This document shows positions 31,541 through 41,700 of a DNA stretch of 64,000 nucleotides, one piece after another (position 1 is the first letter of the stretch; every line of letters starts with the position of its first letter). This stretch comes from Vicinamibacterales bacterium (GTDB lineage Bacteria > Acidobacteriota > Vicinamibacteria > Vicinamibacterales > UBA8438): contig JAPYUM010000014.1 of the NCBI GenBank assembly GCA_029940535.1, positions 1,007-65,006 of the forward strand, read 5' to 3'. The position numbers were made by a program, and so were the translations under genes. Under the pieces are notes generated by a model. The model ran no database searches and was not told the origin of the DNA. It saw nothing but the letters and a program-made list of their open reading frames with translations.

Positions 31541-31665
31541 CTGCCGCTATCATCCCTCGAATGGTGGAGCCTGAATCAATATGTATGCCGAATCCCGTGT
31601 CTTCAAGTACAATGTGAGCGGATCTATTTTCGCCGGAGGCCACTCCGGCTTTGGGGGACGACTAC

Positions 31666-33018
31666 ATGGCACGGACAGGCAGAGTTCTTGGCCGCTTGGC
31701 GCTCGGCGCGATCGGCGTGACCCTGGTCTTACCGGGGCTAGCGCTCGCGCAGGATGACGCGACGCCGACCTATTCGAAGGACGTGGCGCCGATTTTTCGT
31801 GAGAGCTGCGAGGCCTGCCATCGGCCGGGCTACATCGCGCCGATGTCGCTGCAGAATTACGCGGAGTCGCGGCCCTGGGCCCGGTCGATCAAGAACCGGG
31901 TCGAGACGCGCCAGATGCCGCCCTGGCACATCGACCCGGCGGTTGGGGTCCAGGAGTTTCAAAATGATCGGTCCCTGACCCAGGTCGAGATCGAGACGAT
32001 CGTCCGCTGGGCGGACGGCGGGGCACCGCAGGGTAATCCGGCCGACCTCCCGCCGGCCGCGGTGTTCGCCGACGACGACGTCTGGAACTACGCCGACCGG
32101 TTTGGCGGACCGCCCGACCTGATCGTCACGTCGACGCCTCACACCATGCCGGCGCTCTCGCAGGATCACTGGTGGAAGCCGCTTGTCCCGACCGGTTTGA
32201 CCGAGGACCGGTGGGTCCGCGCCATCGAGATCCGCCCGTCCACCACGGAGGGGCGCAAGATCACCCACCACGCTCTGGCCAGATTGCAGCAGGAAGAGGA
32301 CGACGTCGACAAGGAGTCGCTCGTGGCCGCCGGCGGCGCCGGACTGCTCATGGAATGGGCGGTCGGCAAAGAAGGCGAGATCATGCGGGAGAACAGCGGC
32401 AAGCTGATCAAAGCCGGATCCGAGATTCTCTGGGACATCCACTATTCATCCGCGGGCGAAGAGGTCACCGACTCGGTCGAGCTGGGGCTCTACTTCTATC
32501 CGAAGGACGCGCCGCCGAAGCATCGCCAGGTGCTGAACATCTGGATGGGCATCGAGGGTGGCCCCAACAACCTGCTGCTCCCGCCAAACACCGTGACGAC
32601 CACATCGCAGCACCATGTGATGCGGCAGAATGGTCGGCTCGAGAACTTCCAGCCGCATCAGCATCTGCGGGGCAAGGGGATGCAGATGACCGCGATCACG
32701 CCGGACGGCCGGAGCCGGGTGCTGAGCCGGGTGAGCGACTTCAACTTCAACTGGCACAACAACTACGTCTACGCCGACAACGCCGCGCCGTTGCTGCCCA
32801 AGGGGACGGTGGTCGAGATCACGTCGTGGTGGGACAACACCTCGGCCAATCGTGCGAATCCTGATCCCAACCAATGGGTCGGCTGGGGCGACCGCACGGT
32901 GGACGAGATGGCTCACGCCTGGGTCAACGTCACCTACCTGGACGATGAGGACTTCGAGGCGGCAAAGGCGGAGCGTGAGGCCGCGCTGGCCGAGACGACT
33001 GACGGCGGCGAACAGTAA
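31666..33018 (+). CDS. Exported protein with an N-terminal CxxCH module and a PHM/DBH-like copper monooxygenase core
   Basis: ATG at 31666, with signal peptide. CEACHRPGYIAPMSL...RQMPPWH. His/Met set in PHM order: ITHHAL, WDIHYS, PHQHLRGKG, VDEMAHAW. Confidence 0.6.
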   Translation: MARTGRVLGRLALGAIGVTLVLPGLALAQDDATPTYSKDVAPIFRESCEACHRPGYIAPMSLQNYAESRPWARSIKNRVETRQMPPWHIDPAVGVQEFQNDRSLTQVEIETIVRWADGGAPQGNPADLPPAAVFADDDVWNYADRFGGPPDLIVTSTPHTMPALSQDHWWKPLVPTGLTEDRWVRAIEIRPSTTEGRKITHHALARLQQEEDDVDKESLVAAGGAGLLMEWAVGKEGEIMRENSGKLIKAGSEILWDIHYSSAGEEVTDSVELGLYFYPKDAPPKHRQVLNIWMGIEGGPNNLLLPPNTVTTTSQHHVMRQNGRLENFQPHQHLRGKGMQMTAITPDGRSRVLSRVSDFNFNWHNNYVYADNAAPLLPKGTVVEITSWWDNTSANRANPDPNQWVGWGDRTVDEMAHAWVNVTYLDDEDFEAAKAEREAALAETTDGGEQ

Positions 33019-33060
33019 CTGGCCGCGATCGGCGTTGGAGATTCACTATTGGCACTATCT

Positions 33061-33089
33061 GGAGCCGCTCCGTACTTCGGGGCGGCTCC
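33061..33089 (+). other. Intercistronic 12-bp stem-loop between the monooxygenase-like gene and the next ORF
   Basis: GGAGCCGCTCCG-TACTT-CGGGGCGGCTCC (one G-U pair), 43 nt after the stop codon. No U-tract. Followed by GGAGG and the ATG at 33112. Confidence 0.4.
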
Positions 33090-33111
33090 GTCACGTACGA
33101 GGAGGTTGGGC

Positions 33112-33942
33112 ATGCGGTTGTTGCGGGCTGGCGCGGTCTGCGCGCTGATGGCCATCGCGGTCGGATCGGCGTCGGCGCAGCCGCCGGGAAGCCTGCGCGC
33201 GTTCGGGGCCCAGGTGGCCCCGATGTTCGAGGGCTGGTACGAGAATGCCGACGGCACAGCCACCGTGCTCGTTGGATTCTTCAACGCGAACTCGGAGGAG
33301 ACAGTCGAGATTCCGGTCGGCGAGCTGAATCGGTTCGAACCTGGTCTTGAAGATCGGGGTCAGCCTACACATTTTCCGCCGGGACGCAGTTGGGGAGTCT
33401 TGAGTATCCAGGTTCCGCGTGACTTCGACGGCGACCTTCGCTGGGTGCTGAGCGCCAACGGCCAGCCGACCTCCATGCCGGTGCATCTACAGCCGCCGTA
33501 CTTCATCGAGCCGCTCAGGGACGCCGCGGACGGCAACGAGCCGCCGACGATCCGCTTCGCATCCGCCGGGGCCGGGGTCACCGGCCCGCCCATCGGCATT
33601 GCGCACACACTGTCAGCCAGTGTCGGCACCCCCATCGATCTGAGCGTCTGGACCTCGGATGTCAAGCCGGAAGGCGGCGGTGAGGGCGGGCCGGGTGGCT
33701 TTCGACGGTCAGCATTGACCCTGCGCTGGCACCATCATAGCGGGCCGGGTGCCGTCGAGTTTGGTGAGACCTCGCAACGATTCACGGACACTGCCGATCA
33801 GAATCCGACGACGACTGCGATCTTCAGCGCGCCCGGCGACTATGTGCTGCGCGCCGAGGCGCTCGACGAGACCGGCGCTGGCGGCGGCGGGTTTCAGTGC
33901 TGCTGGACCTCCGCCCTGGTCCAGGTGACCGTCTCGCCCTAG
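33112..33942 (+). CDS. Exported hypothetical protein with an Ig/PKD-like C-terminal region
   Basis: ATG at 33112 after GGAGG. Signal peptide MRLLRAGAVCALMAIAVGSASAQ. C-terminal GPGAVEF...PGDYVLRAEALDE...VQVTV resembles Ig-like domains. No catalytic motif seen. Confidence 0.55.
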   Translation: MRLLRAGAVCALMAIAVGSASAQPPGSLRAFGAQVAPMFEGWYENADGTATVLVGFFNANSEETVEIPVGELNRFEPGLEDRGQPTHFPPGRSWGVLSIQVPRDFDGDLRWVLSANGQPTSMPVHLQPPYFIEPLRDAADGNEPPTIRFASAGAGVTGPPIGIAHTLSASVGTPIDLSVWTSDVKPEGGGEGGPGGFRRSALTLRWHHHSGPGAVEFGETSQRFTDTADQNPTTTAIFSAPGDYVLRAEALDETGAGGGGFQCCWTSALVQVTVSP

Positions 33943-34045
33943 CCGCACGACCGCGGTCGGACCGGCGGCGTGGGACGAGGCGTATCCTAGTCGCTCGCGA
34001 TTTCGGATTAGGAGCGGCGAGCATAGAGACGCGTGATCAGGGAGA

Positions 34046-35080
34046 GTGCAGATGCATGACCAGAAGGAGCGGGATTCACACATTGGGGTCGGGACCGTCC
34101 TGGCCGTCATGGTCGCCTCTGCCGTGTTCTTCGTGACGGGGGAGCAGCCTGCGGCGGCTCAATCTTCTGCGCCGCGCACCGCGTGGGGGCAACCTGATCT
34201 GCAAGGCGTGTGGGATTTTCGCACCATCACGCCGATGCAACGCCCAGAGAGGTATGGCGATCAGGAGTTTCTGACTGCCGAGGAGGCCGCGGCCTTGGAT
34301 CAGGCCGCCGTCGACCGGGAGGCCCGCCTGTGGAACAAGCCGCCCGAGCGGACTACGAGCGGCGAAAATGTGGACCGGAGGGGAGCGGGCGAAGCCCCGG
34401 GCTCCTACAACCAGTTCTGGATTGATTCGGGCACCAGGAGCATCGATACGCGGCGTACAGCGCTCATCGTGTTCCCTCCCAACGGCCGATATCCGTCCTT
34501 GACCGCGGCTGGCCAGCGACGGGCGGACGAGCGGCGGGCGTATGCGGCCGAGCATCCGGCCGACACCTGGGAGAACTTCAGCTCCGGGGTGCGCTGCATT
34601 CTGGGCTTCAATGCCGGCCCTCCGTTTACCCCGAGCGCCTACAACAACAATATGCAGTTGTTTCAGACGCCGGACACGGTTGTCGTGATGACCGAGATGG
34701 TCAATACATCACGGGTCATTCCGCTGGATGACACGCCCCATCTCGACCCCGACGTGCTGCAGTGGTCTGGCGACTCGCGTGGTCACTGGGAAGGGGACAC
34801 GCTCGTGGTCGAGACCCGGAATTTCGACGCCAAGCGGAAGTGGAGAGGCACCACCGCCAGTGCCCGGCTCGTCGAGCGGTTTACCCGCGTTGACGCCGAC
34901 ACGCTGGAGTACACGTTCACGGTGACCGACCCCGAAACCTGGACCAGCCCCTGGACCGCGTCAGTGCCGTTGCGTTTGAACCCCGAGCCGATGTTCGAGT
35001 TCGCCTGCCACGAGGGCAACTACTCGATGCCGGTCATGCTGGGCGGCGCGCGGGTGGAGGAGGCGGAGGCGGGGCAATGA
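34046..35080 (+). CDS. Exported or membrane-anchored hypothetical protein
   Basis: 344 aa. Hydrophobic N-terminal segment, then WGQPDLQGVWDF. GC3-rich frame. Its stop overlaps the next gene's start by 4 nt. Start is uncertain (GTG 34046 or ATG 34052). Confidence 0.55.
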   Translation: MQMHDQKERDSHIGVGTVLAVMVASAVFFVTGEQPAAAQSSAPRTAWGQPDLQGVWDFRTITPMQRPERYGDQEFLTAEEAAALDQAAVDREARLWNKPPERTTSGENVDRRGAGEAPGSYNQFWIDSGTRSIDTRRTALIVFPPNGRYPSLTAAGQRRADERRAYAAEHPADTWENFSSGVRCILGFNAGPPFTPSAYNNNMQLFQTPDTVVVMTEMVNTSRVIPLDDTPHLDPDVLQWSGDSRGHWEGDTLVVETRNFDAKRKWRGTTASARLVERFTRVDADTLEYTFTVTDPETWTSPWTASVPLRLNPEPMFEFACHEGNYSMPVMLGGARVEEAEAGQ

Positions 35081-35949
35081 CCAGCATGCGTCGTGCCACG
35101 GTCACCGTGCTGGTTACACTGCTCGGGCTGAGCGCGCCGGCCTCGGCCCAGCTCTCGCCACCCAACGACGCGGGCGTGGCCATGGGACACCTGCACTACT
35201 ACGTGCGGGACGTCGAAGCGAACCAACGGTTCTGGGAGTCGCTGGGCGGCGAGGCCGCGTCCTTCGGTCAATCGGTGGTGATGAAATTTCCAGACGTGCT
35301 GGTGTTTCTCAGCGAAGGCGAACCGGAGGGTGGCACCGAAGGATCGATCGTGAACCACATGGCGTTCAGGGTGCAGTCGCTCGACACTATTGTCGCGGCT
35401 GGGTTCGAGTTCGAGCCGCCGCCGTCCGGCGTCACGAACGTGTTTTCGCCGGAAGGGGAGCGGATCGAGCTGTTCGACGACACCGCCACCAACCTGACGT
35501 TCACCCTGGATGATGATGAAGATGCCGGCGTGGCAGCCCAGGTCGCGTCGCGACACAACCGCCGGCTCGACGTACCGGTCATTGCACATCATCTGCATCT
35601 GTACCTGACTGAGGGCGCTGACGCGGTCGAGATGGCGCAGGAGTGGTACGCGACGATGTTCGGCGGTACGCCCGGTACGCGCTGGCGCTACGACGCCGTC
35701 GACCTGCCCGGCATTAACCTCAACTTTTCCTACAACGCTGACGCCGGGGGCGCGCCGACCAGGGGCAGGATGCTCGACCACATCGGATTTGAGATTACGA
35801 ATCTGGAGGCGTTCTGCCAGCGGCTCGAAGCGCAAGGCGTGACCTTCGACGCACCCTATACGCTCCACTCCTCCGGCATCGGCTACGCCTTCCTGACCGA
35901 CCCATGGGGCGTCTACATCGAGCTGACCGAAGGCCTGCGCGGACTGTAG
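35077..35949 (+). CDS. Exported two-domain VOC (glyoxalase/bleomycin-resistance/dioxygenase) family protein
   Basis: 290 aa. Signal peptide ending ASAQ. Two VOC-like modules (MGHLHYYVRD...HMAFRV, then HHLHLYL...LDHIGFEI...GVYIELTE). Confidence 0.8.
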   Translation: MTSMRRATVTVLVTLLGLSAPASAQLSPPNDAGVAMGHLHYYVRDVEANQRFWESLGGEAASFGQSVVMKFPDVLVFLSEGEPEGGTEGSIVNHMAFRVQSLDTIVAAGFEFEPPPSGVTNVFSPEGERIELFDDTATNLTFTLDDDEDAGVAAQVASRHNRRLDVPVIAHHLHLYLTEGADAVEMAQEWYATMFGGTPGTRWRYDAVDLPGINLNFSYNADAGGAPTRGRMLDHIGFEITNLEAFCQRLEAQGVTFDAPYTLHSSGIGYAFLTDPWGVYIELTEGLRGL

Positions 35950-35963
35950 GAGCCGGTGCGGTC

Positions 35964-37286
35964 TCAGTTGCGTTCGACGATGGCCTGGTAGGCCATGAGC
36001 CGGAACTTGTCCTGGATATCTGACGTGCCGGGAAACACCTGGGTCATCAGGACGCCGATCAGCTGCTCCGTCGGGTCAATCCAGAAGACGGTGTTGAAGA
36101 AACCACTCCAGTAGTAGGCGCCGGACGAGCCGAGCTCGCCGTCCACGCTGGGGCCGCCGCGGATCGCGACGCCGAGCCCGAACCCGGCGCTGCCAGGTTG
36201 CACGATTGAGCCGGCCGGAGCGGTCCCGATCTGGTTGCTCGTCATCAGGTCGACGGTCATCGGGCTGAGAATCCTGGCGCCGTCCAACTCGCCGCCATTC
36301 AGCAGCATCTGGAGCAATCGCACGTAGTCCTGGGCGGTGGACGAGAGACCGGCCCCCCCGGAGAAGTTACGGCGCGGCTCGCCGGTCGAGTACGTGGAGG
36401 AGTAGATGAGGTGGGTGCCCTCGACCGTCCCCTCGACTTCCGCGAGACCGCTGCTGGTCGGCGTGTAGACCGCGGCCATCCGGCTGGCTTTCGAGGCCGG
36501 CACGTAGAACGAGGTGTCGTCCATCCCCAGCGGTTCAAACAGGCGGGTGCGAAGGAATTCGTCGAACGACACGCCGGACACGACTTCGACCAGCCGACCG
36601 AGGACGTCGTCCGACAGCCCGTAGCTGAAGGCCGCGCCCGGTTCGTGCAGTAGGGGAAGCGTGCCGAGGGCGGTGACGAGCTCCTCGATGGTGCCGTCAT
36701 GCTCGGCCAGACCATCCCCGATGCCCGCCTGCCCGTAGAGCTCAGCCAGTCGCCGCAACTTCGCGCCGCCACCAAGGTCGCCCAGAAATCGGTAGCCAAT
36801 ACCGGACGTGTGGGTCAACAGATGACGGATGGTCATCGGTTGTTGCGACGCGGTCCGCGTAAAGGAGGTGCCGTCGGCGGTCGCGGTCAGCACGTCGAGC
36901 GACGCGAGTTCCGGAAGAAACTGGCCGACGGGGTCGTTGAGCTTGAAGTGCCCCTCTTCATACAACATCAGCACGGCCACGCTGGTGACAGGCTTCGACA
37001 TCGACGCGATCCGAAAGATCGTATCGGCGGTCATTGGCGTCCCGTCGTTGCGGTCGGCCATGCCGTACGCTTGGAGATGCGCTTGCCGGCCCCGGCGGGC
37101 AATCAGGGTGACGGCGCCGGCGATGGCCTGTTCATCCACGTACCGCTGCATGACAGCCTCGAGACGGTCGAGGCGTTCTTCTGAGAGCCCGACCGCGGCG
37201 GGGGCGGTGGTGGGCAACCCCTGCGCCCACCCGGTCGTGGCGACCAGTCCGGTGAGCAGGCAGGCGAGGAATGTGCGTGTGTGCAT
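35964..37286 (-). CDS. Exported serine hydrolase of the beta-lactamase/DD-peptidase (class C-like) family
   Basis: 440 aa, with signal peptide. SxxK motif IASMSKPVTS; a YxN-like region; typical length. Confidence 0.85.
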   Translation of the reverse strand: MHTRTFLACLLTGLVATTGWAQGLPTTAPAAVGLSEERLDRLEAVMQRYVDEQAIAGAVTLIARRGRQAHLQAYGMADRNDGTPMTADTIFRIASMSKPVTSVAVLMLYEEGHFKLNDPVGQFLPELASLDVLTATADGTSFTRTASQQPMTIRHLLTHTSGIGYRFLGDLGGGAKLRRLAELYGQAGIGDGLAEHDGTIEELVTALGTLPLLHEPGAAFSYGLSDDVLGRLVEVVSGVSFDEFLRTRLFEPLGMDDTSFYVPASKASRMAAVYTPTSSGLAEVEGTVEGTHLIYSSTYSTGEPRRNFSGGAGLSSTAQDYVRLLQMLLNGGELDGARILSPMTVDLMTSNQIGTAPAGSIVQPGSAGFGLGVAIRGGPSVDGELGSSGAYYWSGFFNTVFWIDPTEQLIGVLMTQVFPGTSDIQDKFRLMAYQAIVERN

Positions 37287-37436
37287 CGATACGTCCCCTT
37301 AGTTGGTGTGCCGATTGTCCCTCAAATTGGCTCCAGGCGCCCAGCCTGGGTGAGCTGCTCCGGAGGACGGCCGGTCGAGACCGGTGTATAACTGCGTTGA
37401 ACCGGGCCGTTGGGGGGGACTCCGGTGGGGAGACTG

Positions 37437-38312
37437 ATGAGCATGACACGATGGTTTACGGCGTGTGTTCTGGTCGCGATGCCGACGGCCGCGGTCGCGC
37501 AGGCAGACTTCGAGCTCGGTCCAGACTCGCAGCGGCACGCCGGCGTGCCACGAGGTGAGGTGACCGCGCTTCGGTGGGTGGACAGCCGTGTGTACCGGAA
37601 TACCGAGCGCGACTGGTGGATCTACGTGCCGGCGCAATACGACGGCGAGACACCGGCCGCGTTGATGGTGTTCCAGGACGGCGGGAACTATCTCAGGGAG
37701 GACGGACAGATCCGGGTGCCGGTGGTGTTCGACAACCTGATCCACGCGGGAGAGATGCCGGTCACGATCGGAGTGTTCGTCAATCCGGGTCGTTTCATCG
37801 GCGACAACCCCGAGGGACCGGCCCGCAACCGCAGCACGGAATACGATTCGATGACAGAGCAGTATTCGCGGTTTCTCCTGGAAGAGATCATTCCGGAGGT
37901 CCGGCGGACGTATCGGATTACCGACGACCGGGAGGGGTGGGCCATCGGGGGCATCAGCTCGGGCGGCATCTGCGCCTTTACCGTGGCCTGGCAGCGTTCC
38001 GACCAGTTCAGCAAGGTCGTGAGCCACGTCGGCAGTTTTACCAACATACGGGGCGGGCATGTGTATCCGGATCTGGTCAGGCAGAGCGCCGCGAAACCGA
38101 TACGCGTGTTTCTGCAGGACGGGTCGAACGATCTCAATATCCGACCTGGGAACTGGTGGCTCGCCAATCAGCAGATGGCCGACTCACTCGATTTCGCCGG
38201 CTACGACTATCGGAAGGTGTGGGGCGAGGGCGGGCATAGCCTGGAACACGGCGGCGCGATTTTCCCCGACACCATGCGCTGGTTGTGGCGCGACTATGGG
38301 TCGGGATCGTGA
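37437..38312 (+). CDS. Exported alpha/beta-hydrolase esterase (esterase-D/enterochelin-esterase-like)
   Basis: ATG at 37437 after GGGGAG, with signal peptide. [11 protein letters not shown]..., nucleophile elbow GGISSGG, and SHVGSF. Confidence 0.75.
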   Translation: MSMTRWFTACVLVAMPTAAVAQADFELGPDSQRHAGVPRGEVTALRWVDSRVYRNTERDWWIYVPAQYDGETPAALMVFQDGGNYLREDGQIRVPVVFDNLIHAGEMPVTIGVFVNPGRFIGDNPEGPARNRSTEYDSMTEQYSRFLLEEIIPEVRRTYRITDDREGWAIGGISSGGICAFTVAWQRSDQFSKVVSHVGSFTNIRGGHVYPDLVRQSAAKPIRVFLQDGSNDLNIRPGNWWLANQQMADSLDFAGYDYRKVWGEGGHSLEHGGAIFPDTMRWLWRDYGSGS

Positions 38313-38328
38313 GCCCGCAGGAGACGAG

Positions 38329-40359
38329 ATGACCAGCAAGAATGTTCACCGCGCGTTGTTCGCGCTGTTGTTCGCGAGTGTTGCGGCGGGTCCACGAGGG
38401 GCCTCCGGTCAAGATGTGGCGGCAGGGCAGACCGCCTATCAGCAGTCGTGCGCCGAGTGTCACGGAAGCCGGCTGCAGGGCGGCGCGCATGGGCCGGCGC
38501 TGACCGGGGTCGGATTCAGCAGCGTGTGGGGCGATCGCAGCGCCGAGGCGTTACTCGAATTCGTGCGGCGAGAGATGCCGCCCGGGCAGCGACGGCTGCA
38601 GGACGCCGTGTACCCGAACATCGTCGCGTTCGTGTTGGAGACCGGCGGTCGGGCGTCGGGCGAGGTGATCGAGGCGGCGGCCGATGTCGAGATGCCGGCG
38701 CCCGGGGGGAGCACGACCCGATACGGAGACCGAGAGGCGACCGGTCTGAGCCGGGTGACCGACGCGATGCTCCACCAGCCTCCCGCCGCCGACTGGCTCA
38801 CGTGGCGGCGCACCCTGGACAACCACGGCTACAGCCCCCTCGACCAGATTTCGCGCGACAACGTGGGCGAGCTCCGGCTGGCCTGGGTGATCTCGATGCG
38901 GAACGGTGTCAACCAGACCACCCCGGTCGTGCACGACGGCGTGATGTTTCTGGCGAATCCCGGCAATGTCGTGCAGGCGCTCGATGCCGCTGACGGCGAT
39001 GTCATCTGGGAATACCGCTATGAGGTTCCGCCCGACGCGGTGACCGGCGTCGGCGCTACGCGTGGTCTGGCGCTCTACGACGACAAGGTGTTTCTGTCGA
39101 CCTACGACGCGGCGATTGTGGCGCTCGATACCCGCACCGGCGAACAGGTCTGGCGCACTGTCAAGGCGGACTACACGCAGGGATTCACCCAGACCAGCGC
39201 CCCCGTCATTGCGAACGGCGTGGTGGTCAGCGGCATCAATGGCTGCGAGCGGTTCACCGATGACGGCTGTTTCATTACCGGGCACGATCCGGCGACCGGC
39301 GAGGAACTGTGGCGCACATCCACCATCGCCATGCCGGGCGACCCGAACAGTGGATCCTGGGGCGACATGCCGCCGCACTTGCGCGGTGGGGGCGATACGT
39401 GGATTCCTGGTAGCTACGATCCTGACCTCGACCTGTTCTACATCGGCACCGCCCAGGCGAAGCCCTGGGTGGCCGACAGTCGTGGCCTGTCGACGGGCAA
39501 TGACGCCCTCTATACCAACTCGACCCTGGCGTTGAAGCCGTCTACCGGACAGGTCGAATGGTATTTTCAGCACGTCCCGGCCGAGACGCTCGACCTGGAC
39601 AGTGTCTACGAGCGGGTGCTGATTGACGTTGACGACCAGCCGCTGCTGTTCACCACCGCCAAAGACGGTCTGCTCTGGAAGCTCAACCGGCGGACCGGGG
39701 AGTTTCTTGACGTCAGAGAAACGGTCTTCCAGGACATCTTCGAGTCGATCGACAAGCAGACCGGCCGGGTGACGTACCGGCAGGACATCCGGGACGCCAA
39801 GGTCGGCGACACCGTGCCCGCGTGTCCGGGACTCTTCGGGGGGCACAACTGGCAGGCGTCGGCATACAGTCCGGAGACCGGCGCGCTGATCATCCCGCTC
39901 CAGCAGATGTGCATGACCATGACCGGTCGACCGGTCGACCTGGTGGCGGGCAGCGGCGGCGTGGCCGGCATTCCCCAGATTCTTCACATGCCGGGGACGA
40001 ACGACAACGTCGGCAAACTCGCGGCCTACGACGTGCGCACGTTGGAGGAATTGTGGAGTCGCGAGCAGCGGGCCGCGTTTTTGACATCGGCCACGACCAC
40101 AGCCGGCGGGGTGGTGTTCATCGGCGACGTCGACCGGTACTTTCGAGCCCTGGACGTCCGCACCGGTGACGTGCTGTGGGAAACGCGCCTGGGCCACGCG
40201 GCGCACGGGTATCCGATCACCTATGAGGCTGGTGGCACCCAGTATGTGGCGGTGCCGACCGGGCTCGGACTCTTTCGGGGGGTGTCGGCGACGCTGAGCC
40301 CTGAAATTTTTACCGCCGAGACCGGCAACGCGCTCTATGTCTTCGCGCTGCCAGACTAG
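38329..40359 (+). CDS. Quinohaemoprotein: N-terminal cytochrome c domain plus PQQ propeller (PQQ-H)
   Basis: ATG at 38329, 16 nt after the esterase stop codon. Signal peptide, CAECHG, then [33 protein letters not shown]. Ends YVFALPD. Confidence 0.85.
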   Translation: MTSKNVHRALFALLFASVAAGPRGASGQDVAAGQTAYQQSCAECHGSRLQGGAHGPALTGVGFSSVWGDRSAEALLEFVRREMPPGQRRLQDAVYPNIVAFVLETGGRASGEVIEAAADVEMPAPGGSTTRYGDREATGLSRVTDAMLHQPPAADWLTWRRTLDNHGYSPLDQISRDNVGELRLAWVISMRNGVNQTTPVVHDGVMFLANPGNVVQALDAADGDVIWEYRYEVPPDAVTGVGATRGLALYDDKVFLSTYDAAIVALDTRTGEQVWRTVKADYTQGFTQTSAPVIANGVVVSGINGCERFTDDGCFITGHDPATGEELWRTSTIAMPGDPNSGSWGDMPPHLRGGGDTWIPGSYDPDLDLFYIGTAQAKPWVADSRGLSTGNDALYTNSTLALKPSTGQVEWYFQHVPAETLDLDSVYERVLIDVDDQPLLFTTAKDGLLWKLNRRTGEFLDVRETVFQDIFESIDKQTGRVTYRQDIRDAKVGDTVPACPGLFGGHNWQASAYSPETGALIIPLQQMCMTMTGRPVDLVAGSGGVAGIPQILHMPGTNDNVGKLAAYDVRTLEELWSREQRAAFLTSATTTAGGVVFIGDVDRYFRALDVRTGDVLWETRLGHAAHGYPITYEAGGTQYVAVPTGLGLFRGVSATLSPEIFTAETGNALYVFALPD

Positions 40360-41693
40360 TTCCCGCCTACCTGGAGGACGGGGGCAGCCGCCCCAGACGC
40401 CTGATACTCCGGAATCACGCGGGCCAGAGTCTTGAAGATCCCTTGGCGTCGCTCGTCGTCACATTCGAGCAAGGTGATCCGGAACCCGTGCCGCTCACAG
40501 CAGAACGAGGACAGCGGGACGACGACAATGCCGGTCGCGCCCATGAGGTAGTAGACGAATCGGAAATCGGCCTCGGCAGGTGCGGCGGTGAACTCCTCGA
40601 CCACGCGCTGCACGCGCCCATCGGGGATGGGCAGAGACATCGACTGGGTCAGGGCCCCACGGTCGAACAGTACCGTTAAGTAAAAGGCGCCCTGCGGCTC
40701 GTTCACCGTGATGCCCGGGACGCCGGACAAGACAGCGCAGGCCTCGGCCGCCCGATGTTTGAACTCCGCCGCCCGCCTGGCCAGATGCGCGGCGTAGCGC
40801 GCGTCTCCCATAATGCGAGGAATCGCGCGTTGGGGCAGCGTGGTCGAGCAGACCTCCAACATCTTGGCGTCTACGAGACTCTTGGCGAAGCGAGCGAAGA
40901 TCGGGTCCGCGTCTTGGTTGTAGAACTCGACCCATCCGCATCGAGATCCGGGCCACGGGACCTCCTTGGAAATGCCCTTGAGCGACAGACCGCATACGTC
41001 GCCGATGACGTCAGACAGATGCACGGCGGGCGCGCCGTTGTAGGTGATGTTGATGTAGACCTCGTCGCACATGACGAAGAGATCGAACTGCCGCGCGATT
41101 TCGACCACGCCTTCGAGCGTGCTTCGTGAGTAGACCACCCCGGTGGGGTTGTCGGGGTTGATCAGCAGGATGCCGGCTATGGACGGGTTGTAGCGCACTT
41201 TCTGGCGAATTTCGTCCAGGTCCGGCTGCCAGCCCTGGTCGGGATCCAACGTATAGGTGAGGGGACCGTCACCGGCGTGGGCGCCCTCGGCTGACGAGTG
41301 TGTCGAATAGGCGGGCGAGGGGCCGATGACCCGCGCTTCACGCCGCAGAAACCCCAACGCCTTCGACACCGCATCACCGAGACCGTTGAAGAAGAGGATG
41401 TCGTTTGGGCCGATCTGGGCGCCGCCGCGCGTGTTGACCCGCGTGGCCAGAAACTCGCGGGTCGCCGGCTCGCCTCTGGTGGGGCAATAGGCGTAGGACG
41501 CGTCATCCCGCACGAGGTCGGCGACGATGTCCTTGATCCAGTCCGGAATCCGTTCACCCTTCTGGACGGGGTCTCCGATGTTCTCCCACGACATCGTCAC
41601 CCCCAGGGCTTCGAGACGTCCGGCCTGTTCGACGATTTCTCGGATGGCGTAGGTGAGCTCGCCGGCGCCGATGTGGACAATGTTGCGTCGCAC
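40356..41693 (-). CDS. PLP-dependent class I/II aminotransferase (alanine-aminotransferase-like)
   Basis: 445 aa. Typical fold-type I layout with the Lys-containing [19 protein letters not shown]. Confidence 0.85.
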   Translation of the reverse strand: MRRNIVHIGAGELTYAIREIVEQAGRLEALGVTMSWENIGDPVQKGERIPDWIKDIVADLVRDDASYAYCPTRGEPATREFLATRVNTRGGAQIGPNDILFFNGLGDAVSKALGFLRREARVIGPSPAYSTHSSAEGAHAGDGPLTYTLDPDQGWQPDLDEIRQKVRYNPSIAGILLINPDNPTGVVYSRSTLEGVVEIARQFDLFVMCDEVYINITYNGAPAVHLSDVIGDVCGLSLKGISKEVPWPGSRCGWVEFYNQDADPIFARFAKSLVDAKMLEVCSTTLPQRAIPRIMGDARYAAHLARRAAEFKHRAAEACAVLSGVPGITVNEPQGAFYLTVLFDRGALTQSMSLPIPDGRVQRVVEEFTAAPAEADFRFVYYLMGATGIVVVPLSSFCCERHGFRITLLECDDERRQGIFKTLARVIPEYQASGAAAPVLQVGGN

Positions 41694-41700
41694 GTGTCTC

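Noticed and set aside
38551-40206. 551-aa minus-strand ORF inside PQQ-H
   Set aside because: Shadow ORF antisense to a motif-rich quinohaemoprotein gene, with low-complexity Arg/Gly/Pro composition.
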